Assembly: GCA_963675295.2 (NCBI GenBank)
Contig: CAXXKJ010000002.1
Span: forward strand, 1,856,001 to 1,920,000
Length of the DNA stretch: 64,000 nt
Source of the DNA: a bacterium
GTDB taxonomy: Bacteria > Electryoneota > Electryoneia > Electryoneales > Electryoneaceae
Direction of reading: 5' to 3'
The position numbers and the translations under genes are program-made. The notes under the pieces are model-generated. The model did no database searches. It saw nothing but the letters and a program-made list of their open reading frames with translations, and had not been told where the DNA came from. Positions 38,382 to 48,862 of this stretch are shown here, one piece after another. Each line of letters starts with the position of its first letter. The first letter of the stretch is position 1.

Positions 38382-40529
38382 ATGTCGACGAGCAACAGAA
38401 CGCACTGGATGATGGTAGGGTCGGCAGGATTGGTTGTACTCATCACGCTGGTGGTTGCGTTCATCGCGATACCGTCAGCACAAAAGGGGGTGACGGCAGA
38501 AGCGACTGCAAGTCTGGATGTTACGGCGGGTGAAATTGAATCCGTCATGGCATCGGGCTGGTCGTCGCTGCAGATGACGGTGTTGGCTGCTGGACTTCTG
38601 GCAGCGATTGTGTTTGCAGCGATAGGGATTGTGACTGGACGCAGGCAGCAGGCGGCTTTTGACGAGTTCGCACAGATACTTGGAGCCTCTCTGAAGGGCG
38701 ATGAGCTGTCATCGTCCCAGCTGGCTCAGCTTAGCGGTTTCGGTCAGATCGGGGATGCGTTGCGGCAGAACAGCGCTCGGTTCAGCGCGATTCATGAATT
38801 CACCACAGCACTGGAGCAGGGCAACTTTCAGTACGAACCCGGTGAAACTCTGAATCTTCCGATCGTACAGTCGCTGAACCGGACCCGGGAATCGTTGTTA
38901 TCGGTGCTGAAGACTGTGCAGCAGCTGGCCGAGGACACAGTGACCGGAAAGCTGAATGCACGTGGCGACGTGGATCAGTTTGCCGGTACGTACCGCGAGC
39001 TGGTGGAGAGTGTTAACAAGGTCGCGGATGTGTTGATCAATCACATCGACGGCATCCCGGTCGCGATCATGACGGTGGACAGAGAGTTCAACGTCATGTA
39101 CATGAACGAGATGGGTGCCAGTCTGGCGGACAAGCAGCCCGCCCAGATCGTCGGTATGAAGTGCTACAACCACTACAAGACTGGCGACTGCAACACCGAA
39201 CAGTGTGCGGTCCATCGTGCGATGAAGAACAATCGGGCGGAGTCGTCGGAAACGGTCGCATGCCCGATGAGCACGGACTACGAGATCGCTTACACGGGCA
39301 AGCCGATTACCAACGAAGCGGGTGAGGTTGTAGGATCGTTCGAGTACGTCGTTGACCAGACAGCGGTAAAGACGGCGATGCGTCGTGTGGAGAAGGTCAA
39401 CGCGTACCAGGAAACAGAGATTGACAAGATCCAGTCCACGTTGAATAATATGGCGGACGGTGATCTGACGGCCAAGTACGAAGCCAAGCGGTCCAATGAC
39501 AAGGATCTCGCCGAGGTCACGACATCCTTTGGAAACATTTCCGGTGCGTTGAACCGGACCCTGGATTCACTGAATGATTTGTTGGGGCGGGTGAAGACGT
39601 CGATTGACGAAGTCAGTTCCGGTTCGGAGCAGGTATCCGCGGCGAGCCAGTCGTTGTCGCAGGGCGCGACTGAACAGGCCAGTTCGCTGGAAGAGATTTC
39701 CGCGACGTTGACCGAGATCGCCAGCCAGACGACCAGCAATTCCGAGAATGCGCAGCAGGCCAGCAGTCTGGCGAAGACAGCAAGCAACAGCGCCAACGGT
39801 GGCAATCAGCGCATGGACCAGATGCTGAATTCGATGAAGCAGATCGAAACGCAGTCGCTGGAAGTGCAGAAGATCATCAAGGTGATCGACGAGATCGCGT
39901 TCCAGACCAACTTGCTGGCGTTGAATGCGGCGGTTGAGGCGGCACGTGCCGGTGTGCATGGCAAGGGCTTTGCGGTGGTGGCGGAAGAGGTGCGGAACCT
40001 CGCGCAACGGTCAGCCCGGGCAGCCAGCGAAACGACGGAGCTGATCGAAAGCAGCGTCACATCGGTGAAGCAGGGCTCCGGCCTGATGGACGAGACCGCG
40101 GTATCGTTCAAGGAAATCGTCGATCAGATCGAGAAGGTCACCAGCCTGGTGGTCGAAATCAGCGATGCATCCCGTGAGCAGTCAACCGGCATCAACGAGC
40201 TCACTGACGCCCTCGGCCAGGTGGACGTTGTCACGCAGGGCAACACGGCCAACGCCGAGCAGAGTGCGGCGGCGGCCGAAGAATTGTCCGGCCAGGCGGA
40301 ACAGCTGCGCCAGATGATGAGCCGGTTTACATTGACGCATGGCAACTACTCATCGCAGGGTCTCAGCCGATCGGCAGTGAGTCATCGTCAGCCGTCCCGG
40401 TCATCGGCGCCGGCCGGGTCCAACGGGCATCGTAACGGGAACGGGTCAGGCACGGCAATGCATCGTGAGGCCGTGCAGGACGATTCCGTTCTGATCAATC
40501 TTGACGACGACGACTTCGGCAGCTTCTAG
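38382..40529 (+). CDS. Methyl-accepting chemotaxis protein with tiny periplasmic loop and Cys-rich PAS
   Basis: Two closely spaced TM helices, HAMP-like region, PAS with KCY...GDC...QC, MCP signal domain, DFGSF end. Confidence 0.95.
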   Translation: MSTSNRTHWMMVGSAGLVVLITLVVAFIAIPSAQKGVTAEATASLDVTAGEIESVMASGWSSLQMTVLAAGLLAAIVFAAIGIVTGRRQQAAFDEFAQILGASLKGDELSSSQLAQLSGFGQIGDALRQNSARFSAIHEFTTALEQGNFQYEPGETLNLPIVQSLNRTRESLLSVLKTVQQLAEDTVTGKLNARGDVDQFAGTYRELVESVNKVADVLINHIDGIPVAIMTVDREFNVMYMNEMGASLADKQPAQIVGMKCYNHYKTGDCNTEQCAVHRAMKNNRAESSETVACPMSTDYEIAYTGKPITNEAGEVVGSFEYVVDQTAVKTAMRRVEKVNAYQETEIDKIQSTLNNMADGDLTAKYEAKRSNDKDLAEVTTSFGNISGALNRTLDSLNDLLGRVKTSIDEVSSGSEQVSAASQSLSQGATEQASSLEEISATLTEIASQTTSNSENAQQASSLAKTASNSANGGNQRMDQMLNSMKQIETQSLEVQKIIKVIDEIAFQTNLLALNAAVEAARAGVHGKGFAVVAEEVRNLAQRSARAASETTELIESSVTSVKQGSGLMDETAVSFKEIVDQIEKVTSLVVEISDASREQSTGINELTDALGQVDVVTQGNTANAEQSAAAAEELSGQAEQLRQMMSRFTLTHGNYSSQGLSRSAVSHRQPSRSSAPAGSNGHRNGNGSGTAMHREAVQDDSVLINLDDDDFGSF

Positions 40530-40552
40530 CCAGAAGGCTCTGAAGGATACTC

Positions 40553-40582
40553 AAGGGACTGTTCTTCGGGACAGTCCCTTTT
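40553..40582. terminator. Terminator between the convergent MCP and SLC13 genes
   Basis: AAGGGACTGTTC-TTCG-GGACAGTCCCTTTT. Confidence 0.8.
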
Positions 40583-40603
40583 ACGTCTGATGAAACGGTT
40601 GGG

Positions 40604-42130
40604 CTACTCGGACGGTGCGGTCAGCTGCGGGTTGTCGCGGCTCCACTCCGGGGTGTGCTGAATATCACCAAACTCGGCGGTCCCGGCGAGCAGCAGCCAG
40701 ATAGTGACTAACACGACGCCGACGAGATTCAGCAGCAGGCCGGTTTTCGCCATGTCGGCGACACGCAGCCGTCCGCTGCCGAACACGATCGCATTCGGCG
40801 GGGTGGCGACCGGCATCATGAAGGCGCAGGACGCGCTCAGTGTAGCGGGAATCATCAGCAGGAACGGGTTACGCCCAATCGTGACCGCGACGGCTGCAAG
40901 GACAGGCAGCACCAGCTGCGTGGTCGCGGTGTTGGAGGTGAGCTCGGTGGTGAACGTCATCAGCGTGCAGATCGATCCGACCATCACCGGTGGCGACAAT
41001 GATCCGAGACCGGCGAGCTGATCGCCGATCCACATCGCCAGCCCGCTTTCGTTGATCGCGGCGGCTAGGGCAAATCCGCCACCGAAGAGCAACACGATCC
41101 CCCACGGCAGTTTCCGTGCCGTTGGCCAGTCAAGGATCGCTTGGCCTTTGGTGGACGATGGCAACAGGAAAAGCAGGATCGAAAGCGCAATTGCGGGGAG
41201 ACCGTCCCCGGCGTACGACGGATCGGGCAGCAGCTCCGACCAGCCCGGAACGGTGAGGAAGCCAAATTCCAACGGTTTGCGTGTGATCCAAAGCGCGGCT
41301 AGAATGAGGAACACGGTCAGTACCGACCGTTCCTCACGGCTCATCGGTCCCAGTTCGTTCAGTTCCGCCTTGTATTGAGCACGCAGGGCGGGCGCATGGA
41401 TTCCGTGTGTGTACAGCACAACCAGCAGTCCCCACGCAAGCAGCAGGAAAACCAGTGACAAGGGTGTCGCGAACAGCATCCACTGACCGAAGCTGATTTC
41501 AGGGCCGGAGGGAAAGGACTGTTGAAACAATCGGGTGAACGCGAGATTCGGCGGTGTTCCGACCAATGTCGCCATGCCGCCAATTGACGCAGCATAGGCG
41601 ATACCCAGCAGCAGACCGATGGACATGCGGCGGGCGTTCCGGGTGTCGAGCAGGTTGTCGTAGCGGCTGAGTACCGCGCCGGCAATCGGGACCATCATCA
41701 TCGCGGTGGCGGTGTTGCTGATCCACATGGAGAGCAGGGCAGTCGCCAGCATGAAGCCGAGCAGCGTACGCGCGGGTCCGCCGCCGATGCCGCGCAGGAT
41801 AACCAGGGCAATGCGTTTGTGCAGATTCCAGCGTTCCATCGCCAGCGCGACCATGAAGCCGCCGATGAACAGGAAGATGACGTCGTTGGTGTACTGCCCG
41901 GCGACGTGTTTCGAAGAAATCACACCGAAAGCGGGGAAGAGGACCAGCGGAAGCAGCGAGGTGATTGCCAGCGGCACGGCTTCGGTCAGCCACCAGACCG
42001 CCATCCAGACCGCGACGGCGGCGGTGCGTGCTAGCAGTGGGTTGTCCGTTTCCGGAAACAGCCACCACGCGAGCAGCGCCAGCACAGGTCCGGCAATCAG
42101 GGTGATTGGCTTCCACGAAAAGTCGCGCAT
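40604..42130 (-). CDS. SLC13/DASS family permease
   Basis: WWLTEAVP, LHKRIAL, SMWISNTAT, GTPPN, TELTSNTAT and FMMPVATPPNAIVF motifs. GGAGG SD before ATG 42130. Confidence 0.95.
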   Translation of the reverse strand: MRDFSWKPITLIAGPVLALLAWWLFPETDNPLLARTAAVAVWMAVWWLTEAVPLAITSLLPLVLFPAFGVISSKHVAGQYTNDVIFLFIGGFMVALAMERWNLHKRIALVILRGIGGGPARTLLGFMLATALLSMWISNTATAMMMVPIAGAVLSRYDNLLDTRNARRMSIGLLLGIAYAASIGGMATLVGTPPNLAFTRLFQQSFPSGPEISFGQWMLFATPLSLVFLLLAWGLLVVLYTHGIHAPALRAQYKAELNELGPMSREERSVLTVFLILAALWITRKPLEFGFLTVPGWSELLPDPSYAGDGLPAIALSILLFLLPSSTKGQAILDWPTARKLPWGIVLLFGGGFALAAAINESGLAMWIGDQLAGLGSLSPPVMVGSICTLMTFTTELTSNTATTQLVLPVLAAVAVTIGRNPFLLMIPATLSASCAFMMPVATPPNAIVFGSGRLRVADMAKTGLLLNLVGVVLVTIWLLLAGTAEFGDIQHTPEWSRDNPQLTAPSE

Positions 42131-42304
42131 GGATCCTCCGTGAACGTACAGGATACGGCGGCGAAACGAACCGGGCAAGGTTGTCCGCTCCTCAAGGATG
42201 ATTCTTCGGCGTCAAGTTGGTTCCGTTCGCCCGTTGCGTGGAGCAAATCGGGATCGCACCTTCCTGATTCGCTGATCAAGGATGGTCAACCGGGGATTCT
42301 TGCA

Positions 42305-42826
42305 ATGGAATGGCATCTGTATCTGTTGCGGCATGGGATCGCCGCGGACTACGCGGAAGACGGCAGCTACAACGATTCGATGCGTCCCTTGACCGACAAG
42401 GGCCGGCATCGGACACGGCTGGTCGTGCGCGCGCTGGAGAAGATGGACGGTAAGGTCGACCGAATCTTCAGCAGTCCGTACCTGCGTGCGAAGCAGACGG
42501 CGGAGATTGCGGCGGATGTGCTGGGTGTATCGGCGGTTGAAGAATCGCACTCGCTGTATCCGGGCAGTTCTCCCCATGAATTGGAAACATTGCTTCGCGA
42601 TATTCGTCAACCGGGCGAAAATGTGATGCTCGTCGGGCACCAGCCGCACATGAGCATGGCGCTGGCGTGGGCAATTTCCGGGCAGAATGGTGCGATGATG
42701 GACATGAAAAAGGCCGGGCTGGCGAATGTGCGCTTCGGCGGCAACACATTTCGCGGTCCGGGCATGCTCGAGTGGCTGCTGACTCCGAAGTGGGTGTCCT
42801 TCATCTTCCCCGGTGAAGAGTGGTAA
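42305..42826 (+). CDS. sixA: Phosphohistidine phosphatase SixA
   Basis: LYLLRHGIA, RPLTDKG, SSPYLRAKQTA and LVGHQP motifs. Confidence 0.9.
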   Translation: MEWHLYLLRHGIAADYAEDGSYNDSMRPLTDKGRHRTRLVVRALEKMDGKVDRIFSSPYLRAKQTAEIAADVLGVSAVEESHSLYPGSSPHELETLLRDIRQPGENVMLVGHQPHMSMALAWAISGQNGAMMDMKKAGLANVRFGGNTFRGPGMLEWLLTPKWVSFIFPGEEW

Positions 42827-42869
42827 CTTACCTGATTATCATGATCCGCACTTGAGCAAGGATTTCTGA

Positions 42870-45224
42870 ATGGCGGCAAAGAAACAGAAGACTGTGAAAC
42901 CACTTCCAGTGGACGAAGCCCCGGCGGCTGTGAACGAGTCCCTCTCCGGCAACGGAATCCAGCAACCTGATCCAGTCGTTGAGGAGCAGCCGACGGAGCC
43001 GCAGGACAATGGAAAACGCACCAACGGCAACCACGAACCGGTCCACGTGGACATCGGCGCGGATCCATTGCCGGATGAGTGGGTGATGTCGGATGAGCTG
43101 CTGGAATCGCCTGCCATCTTTCTCAACCGTGAGCTGACCTGGCTCAATTTCAACCGTCGGGTCCTGCAGGAAGCGGAGGAAAAGCGGAACCCGTTGCTTG
43201 AGCGGCTCAAGTTTATCTCCATTACATCCGGCAACACCGACGAATTTTTCATGAAACGTATCGGCGGTCTCAAGCAGTTGATTGGGGCCGGTGTACGTGA
43301 ATTCAGCATTGACGGCCGCAGCCCGGAGGAGCAGATCCGCTGGGCGCATGAAGAAGTCCGCCGCCTTGAGCAGGACAAGGCCGAGATCTATGCCAACCTT
43401 CATCGCCAGCTGCATCGCCGTGGAATTCACATTCTAGACTACGATGAATTGACCGACGAAGAGGTTGCTTCCCTCCGGCAACACTTTATCGACAACATCT
43501 TTCCGTTGATCTTCCCGCAGGGTGTCGGTCCTGCGCACCCGTTCCCGTTCATCTCGAACCTGTCGCTCAACCTGTTGGTCACGATTAAGCACCGTACACA
43601 CGGCGAGGATTCCCTCGCACGGGTCAAGGTACCGGTCGGGCCGGATGTGCCGCGTTTCGTGCAGGTAGGCACGACGCTGCGATTTGTCAAGGCGGAAGAT
43701 GTCGTCGCGCACAACCTCGACCTGTTGTTTCCCGGTGTCCACATCGTCAACAGTGAAATCTTCCGTGTTACCCGCAACTCGAACACGGAGAAGGACGAGG
43801 AGCAGGCGGACGATCTACTGGAATTGATCGAGAAGGAAGTACGTGACAGGGCGTTCGCGCCGATCGTGCGTCTGCAGGTGGAATCGGACATCGACCCGAT
43901 GCACCTGGAGATGCTGCTCACGTCGCTGGATCTCGATGAGTCCGACGTGTTTCACATTGACGGGATTGTCGGCAAGCGCGACCTGATGGAACTGGCGCAG
44001 CTGAATTTGCCGGACCTGAAGTTCAAATCCCACCGTCCGATCGAACACCCGCGCCTGCGCAACGAAAAGCACATCTTCCATGCGATTCGCCGGGAAGGCG
44101 ACATTCTGCTGGTGCACCCGTACGAATCGTTCACCAATACGGTCGAACGCCTGCTGCGTGAAGCGGCGTACGAACCTAAGGTGCGCGCGATTCGGATGAC
44201 GTTGTATCGTACCTCGTCCGAAAGCAAAGTCGTCGACTATCTTAAGGCTGCTGCCGCGAATGGCAAGCAGGTTGCTGTGGTGGTGGAATTGAAGGCGCGT
44301 TTCGACGAACGCGCGAATATTGCGTTCGCCGCCGAGCTGGAAGAGGTCGGGATTCATGTGACCTACGGCGTGGTCGGATTCAAGACGCACGCCAAGATGA
44401 TCCAGATTGTCCGCAAGGATTACAACGGTTTCCGCAGCTACACCCATGTCGGCACGGGGAATTATCACGCCGGCACCGCCCGCCAGTACACGGATTTCGG
44501 GCTGCTTACATGCGACCGCGATATCGGGCGTGATGTCACTGAGGTGTTCAACTTCCTGACTACCGGCTACAGCCCGTCGCGCAAATACCAGAAGGTGTTG
44601 ATGGCACCAAGCACGATGAAGAAATCGTTGCTTGGCAATATCGAGCGTGAGATCAGGCATCAGCAGGAACACGGTACCGGTTTAATCCGGATGAAGCTCA
44701 ACGCCCTCGAGGACAAGGACATCGTTAAGGCGTTCTACACGGCGTCCCGGGCCGGTGTGAAGATCGACCTCTGCATCCGTGATACCTGCCGTCTGAGGCC
44801 GGGTGTCAAGGGCTTAAGTGAAACGATCCGTGTGCGCAGCATTGTCGGACGGTTCCTCGAACACAACCGGCTGTACCATTTCCATAATAACGGCGAAGAT
44901 GAGCTGTATCTCGGTTCGTCAGACCTGATGCGCCGCAACCTCGAACACCGTGTCGAGGTCTTGTGTCCGGTGCAAAATGACCTGTTGCGCAAGGAGCTGA
45001 TGTCGTTGCTTAGCCTGATCTTCAACGACAAATTCATGCGCTGGGAGATGCAGCCGGACGGTACGTACTGCCACCCGGCCCAGCACAAGGGCCGCACACC
45101 CGGCAGTTTGCAGGAATTCATGTTGAAGATTGCGATCCGGCGTGAACGGGAGAGCGAACAGCTGAAGAAACTCACGTCGAAAGGGAAGAGCCGCCGCGAG
45201 ACCTGGGCCGGCCACATTCGGTAG
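42870..45224 (+). CDS. ppk1: Polyphosphate kinase 1
   Basis: NRELTWLNFNRRVL, HPFPFISN, HPYESF, ELKARFDE, KTHAK and GRFLEH motifs. Confidence 0.97.
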   Translation: MAAKKQKTVKPLPVDEAPAAVNESLSGNGIQQPDPVVEEQPTEPQDNGKRTNGNHEPVHVDIGADPLPDEWVMSDELLESPAIFLNRELTWLNFNRRVLQEAEEKRNPLLERLKFISITSGNTDEFFMKRIGGLKQLIGAGVREFSIDGRSPEEQIRWAHEEVRRLEQDKAEIYANLHRQLHRRGIHILDYDELTDEEVASLRQHFIDNIFPLIFPQGVGPAHPFPFISNLSLNLLVTIKHRTHGEDSLARVKVPVGPDVPRFVQVGTTLRFVKAEDVVAHNLDLLFPGVHIVNSEIFRVTRNSNTEKDEEQADDLLELIEKEVRDRAFAPIVRLQVESDIDPMHLEMLLTSLDLDESDVFHIDGIVGKRDLMELAQLNLPDLKFKSHRPIEHPRLRNEKHIFHAIRREGDILLVHPYESFTNTVERLLREAAYEPKVRAIRMTLYRTSSESKVVDYLKAAAANGKQVAVVVELKARFDERANIAFAAELEEVGIHVTYGVVGFKTHAKMIQIVRKDYNGFRSYTHVGTGNYHAGTARQYTDFGLLTCDRDIGRDVTEVFNFLTTGYSPSRKYQKVLMAPSTMKKSLLGNIEREIRHQQEHGTGLIRMKLNALEDKDIVKAFYTASRAGVKIDLCIRDTCRLRPGVKGLSETIRVRSIVGRFLEHNRLYHFHNNGEDELYLGSSDLMRRNLEHRVEVLCPVQNDLLRKELMSLLSLIFNDKFMRWEMQPDGTYCHPAQHKGRTPGSLQEFMLKIAIRRERESEQLKKLTSKGKSRRETWAGHIR

Positions 45225-45225
45225 C

Positions 45226-46743
45226 GTGATGTTTGATACCCCCATGGATTCAGCCGGAACAGACGACCATTTCAACGACTACGCGGTCGTCGATCTCGGC
45301 TCCAACAGTTTCCATCTCCACGTGATTCGTGTGCAGCACAGTGAGTGGCGGAATATCGACCGGCACCGCGAAGTTGTGCGCATGGCGGAAGGTCTGCTTC
45401 CGAACGGTAGAATCACTCCACAAAAGCAGGAAGAAGCGCTGCATGTGCTAAGCCGTTACGGAGAACGGATCGCCGGGTTCCATCCGGGCAACGTCCGTGT
45501 CATCGCAACCAGCGCGTTCCGGCACGCGAGTAAGTCGAAAGGTTTCCTGCGCAATGCGGAATCCGCCCTCGGGTTCCCGATTGATGTCATCCCCGGCGAA
45601 GAAGAAGCCCGCCTGATCTACCTCGGTATTGTCACTGACGACGCTCCCCGTGAGAAGAAACGGTTCATCATCGACATCGGCGGCGGATCGACGGAATTCA
45701 TCTACGGTGAGGGCCGCAAGCCGGTCTGTATTGACAGCGTCGAGCTGGGTAACATCAGCCTGACTCGAAATGTGTTTCAGGATCGCAAACTGACGAAGGA
45801 TTTGTTCAAAACCACGGTTACGGATGTCGTCGAAGCTCTGCGTGCAACACGTGTCTACGGGCATCGCAAGTCGTTCCAGGCGGTAGTTGGTGCGTCCGGG
45901 TCGATGCGGCTCGTCGCCGGCCTGATCAACGATCTCGGACTGGGCTCGAACAGCATCGAACCGCAGCCACTGGCGAAATTGACGAAGCTGTTCATCGACA
46001 AGGATACTCGGCAGAGGGTGATTGACGCCGGTGTCCCGGCGGAACGGGTCGAGACCTTTCCCGGCGCGCTGGCGTTGTGCACCGGCATCATGAAAGCATT
46101 CGAACTCGACCGCATCGGCATCACACGTGCCGGAGTGCGTGCCGGAATCCTTTATGACATGCTGCTGCTCCCTCGTGGGGAGGATCGCCGCCGAATCACG
46201 CTCACTCGTTGGATGGAACGGCACGGCGTCGACCGTGTTCAGCGGGATCGTGTATTTGAGTTCGTGAATAATCATCTGCCGGACATTTTGCCGCACTTGC
46301 CGAAAGACTGCGTGATGCCAGGGGAGATGCTCAGCTGGGCGTCCGACCTGCACGAAATCGGCCTCACCATCAACTACAGCGGGTACCACAAGCACGGCGC
46401 CTACCTGATCAAGAACAGTGATCTGCCGGGGTTTACGCGCCTCGAGCAAGGGCGGTTGGCGTTCCTCGTGATGAATCATCGCAAGCGGATCAAGCTGGAC
46501 CAGATCGATCCGGATGACATCGTTCCGATGCCACTACTGTTTCTGTTCCGGATGGCGTGGGCGCTGCACCGCAAGCGGGCGACAATCGACGATCCTGTGG
46601 AAGAATTGCGCGTCACGGATAACGGTTTTGTCGTCGAGTTCGTGCCCGACTGGTTGCACCGGCACCCGTTGGTCAGCCGTCAGCTTGCGCGTGAGCAGGA
46701 ACGCTGGTTGGAAATCGGCTACACGCTGAAGCTGGAATCCTGA
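45226..46743 (+). CDS. ppx: Ppx/GppA exopolyphosphatase
   Basis: VDLGSNSFH, ATSAFR, GEEEARLIY, DIGGGSTE, LHEIG and YHKHGAY motifs. Confidence 0.93.
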   Translation: MMFDTPMDSAGTDDHFNDYAVVDLGSNSFHLHVIRVQHSEWRNIDRHREVVRMAEGLLPNGRITPQKQEEALHVLSRYGERIAGFHPGNVRVIATSAFRHASKSKGFLRNAESALGFPIDVIPGEEEARLIYLGIVTDDAPREKKRFIIDIGGGSTEFIYGEGRKPVCIDSVELGNISLTRNVFQDRKLTKDLFKTTVTDVVEALRATRVYGHRKSFQAVVGASGSMRLVAGLINDLGLGSNSIEPQPLAKLTKLFIDKDTRQRVIDAGVPAERVETFPGALALCTGIMKAFELDRIGITRAGVRAGILYDMLLLPRGEDRRRITLTRWMERHGVDRVQRDRVFEFVNNHLPDILPHLPKDCVMPGEMLSWASDLHEIGLTINYSGYHKHGAYLIKNSDLPGFTRLEQGRLAFLVMNHRKRIKLDQIDPDDIVPMPLLFLFRMAWALHRKRATIDDPVEELRVTDNGFVVEFVPDWLHRHPLVSRQLAREQERWLEIGYTLKLES

Positions 46744-46929
46744 TCACACCAGATCTGAACGCTCGCTGCATGATAATCCTGTCGAACGCAGATCCTCCGC
46801 GAGCATAGTTTCCATCGAATTTTAGCTCCCAGCGCTTGACTGTTGCTCTATGTAATGTCATACTATTATTGCATTGAAACGCTTTTTGTATGTGCAGTTT
46901 TATCAAACAGATGAGCCTAGGAGACAACG

Positions 46930-48768
46930 ATGAAAATGCTCGCGTTTGTGGTAAGCCTGCTGTTCCTTCCCCTGATGGTGTTCGCCCAGATCAACTGGGG
47001 CAGTGCTCAGATTGCCGGATCCGGCATCAACTTCGCATCCCAGGTTTGTGCCGCTGATTTTGATGGGGACGGCGACATGGATCTCGCCGCCCCTGACGCC
47101 GAACCGTACTACAACGCCAAAATTCACTATTACGAGAACCTGGGTGATGGAACCTTCACCGATCACATTGTCCAGACAGGTCTGGTCAGTCCGCGCGGTG
47201 TGAACGCAGTCGACCTGGATCAAGACGGTGACATGGACATTCTCTGCACTGACCGTGCGTCGGACGGCTTGTTGTTCTGGCTGGAGAATGACGGCAGCGC
47301 AAGCTTTACTTATCACCTGGCCGGTGATGGCCTGGATGGTGGTGAACGGGGTTGTGCGGCCGATTTCGATGGTGATGGCGACCTCGACCTTGCCAGCGTG
47401 GAAAGCGGATCCAACAGCGGTTGGGATGTGTCGTGGTGGGAGAACGATGGTTCGCAGAATTTTACACGCCATCTCGTTGATGCAGATTTCTGGGGTGCAA
47501 ATCATGTCAACACCGCAGATCTGAACCAGGACAGTCATATCGACATTCTCGCGACGTCCGGCTATGCGAATAACTGGGGCAAACTTGCCTGGTACATGAA
47601 CATGGGCGACGGCACATTCGAGCGTCACATCGCGCTAAACCAGTTTGATCGCGCCGGGAATCCGGTGGCCGCCGATATGAACGGCGACGGCATCCTCGAC
47701 CTGCTCGCGACGTCCGCCGATCTCAACACTGTTACCTGGCTGGAAGGGGATGGCACTCCGGAAGACGGCGGTTGGATCGCACATGACCTTACCACAACCT
47801 ATCAGCAGGCGCATGGCCTGAACGTTGCCGATTTCGATGGTGACGGCGCGTTGGACATTGTCACCTGCGCCTGGACCGGTGATCAGGTAAGCTGGTGGCA
47901 GAACGACGGCACGGGTGTGTTCACCGAATACATGATCGCGGCATTTGAGGGACCGACGGACGTGATCGCGGCGGACATGAACGGGGACAATTTGCTGGAC
48001 GTTGTCGCCACGTCCACCGACCTCGATCTGATCGCGTATTGGGAACAGGGTGGTGAAAACGTACCGGTCTTGCTGGATCTCACCGGCCAGAACACGGCCC
48101 TGCCGATCAATGGTGGACTGGTGACGTACACCGTTACAATCCAGAATAACCTCGACCGTGTGTTTGCCGGAACCTGGTTCTGGACCAATGTCACGTTACC
48201 CAACGGCAATGTGTTTGGCCCACTGATGCAGCTGCCTGTGGTCATCCGCCCGTACATGAACGTCAACGTTCCCGGTGTGACACAGTACGTGCCCGGGTAC
48301 GCACCCGGCGGCACGTACCAACTGAACGGTTACCTGGGTTTCATTGGCAATCCCGACCTGCAGGTGACTGACAGCTTCCTCTTCACCAAAGCCGGCGGCC
48401 CGACCCAGGAGGTCGACCAGGTGGAATTCAATCCGAACGATTGGGCCTCAGGCGGATCGTTTGAGACGGCCATGACTGCGGATGATGAATTGGCGATCCC
48501 AACGGAATTCGCTGTCAGCCGTGCGTATCCGAACCCGTTCAACCCATCCACGTCGTTGACGGTGACGCTTCCAGACGCGGCGGATCTGCGGGTTGCGGTG
48601 TACAACGTCGCCGGGCAGCTCGTCGCGACACTCGCGGACGGACACACCGGCGCGGGCAGCCACGAATTGAGCTTCAACGCAGTGCATCGGTCCAGCGGTA
48701 TCTACTTCGTCCACACGCAGGTGAACGGTGTCGCGAAGGGTGTGCAGAAGGTGACGCTGATGAAGTAG
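46930..48768 (+). CDS. Secreted FG-GAP repeat protein with pre-CTD module and T9SS-like CTD
   Basis: Signal peptide; seven ADxDGDGDxD repeats; AYPNPFNPST...SGIYFV...KVTLMK. Confidence 0.87.
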   Translation: MKMLAFVVSLLFLPLMVFAQINWGSAQIAGSGINFASQVCAADFDGDGDMDLAAPDAEPYYNAKIHYYENLGDGTFTDHIVQTGLVSPRGVNAVDLDQDGDMDILCTDRASDGLLFWLENDGSASFTYHLAGDGLDGGERGCAADFDGDGDLDLASVESGSNSGWDVSWWENDGSQNFTRHLVDADFWGANHVNTADLNQDSHIDILATSGYANNWGKLAWYMNMGDGTFERHIALNQFDRAGNPVAADMNGDGILDLLATSADLNTVTWLEGDGTPEDGGWIAHDLTTTYQQAHGLNVADFDGDGALDIVTCAWTGDQVSWWQNDGTGVFTEYMIAAFEGPTDVIAADMNGDNLLDVVATSTDLDLIAYWEQGGENVPVLLDLTGQNTALPINGGLVTYTVTIQNNLDRVFAGTWFWTNVTLPNGNVFGPLMQLPVVIRPYMNVNVPGVTQYVPGYAPGGTYQLNGYLGFIGNPDLQVTDSFLFTKAGGPTQEVDQVEFNPNDWASGGSFETAMTADDELAIPTEFAVSRAYPNPFNPSTSLTVTLPDAADLRVAVYNVAGQLVATLADGHTGAGSHELSFNAVHRSSGIYFVHTQVNGVAKGVQKVTLMK

Positions 48769-48807
48769 GGATGGAGTTGACCGCACTACGATGACGCAGC
48801 AAACAGC

Positions 48808-48837
48808 AAGGGGACAACCGCATCAGTTGTCCCCTTT
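48808..48837. terminator. Bidirectional terminator
   Basis: AAGGGGACAAC-CGCATCA-GTTGTCCCCTTT. Confidence 0.75.
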
Positions 48838-48862
48838 GATATTCGCCGCAATGCAGCCGGAT

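Noticed and set aside
42140-42304. N-terminal extensions in the ORF track for sixA (likewise npdG, NSS, SLC13, ftsA, LLM, FGE)
   Set aside because: Downstream ATGs coincide with the start of family homology or signal peptides, and most have a clear SD.
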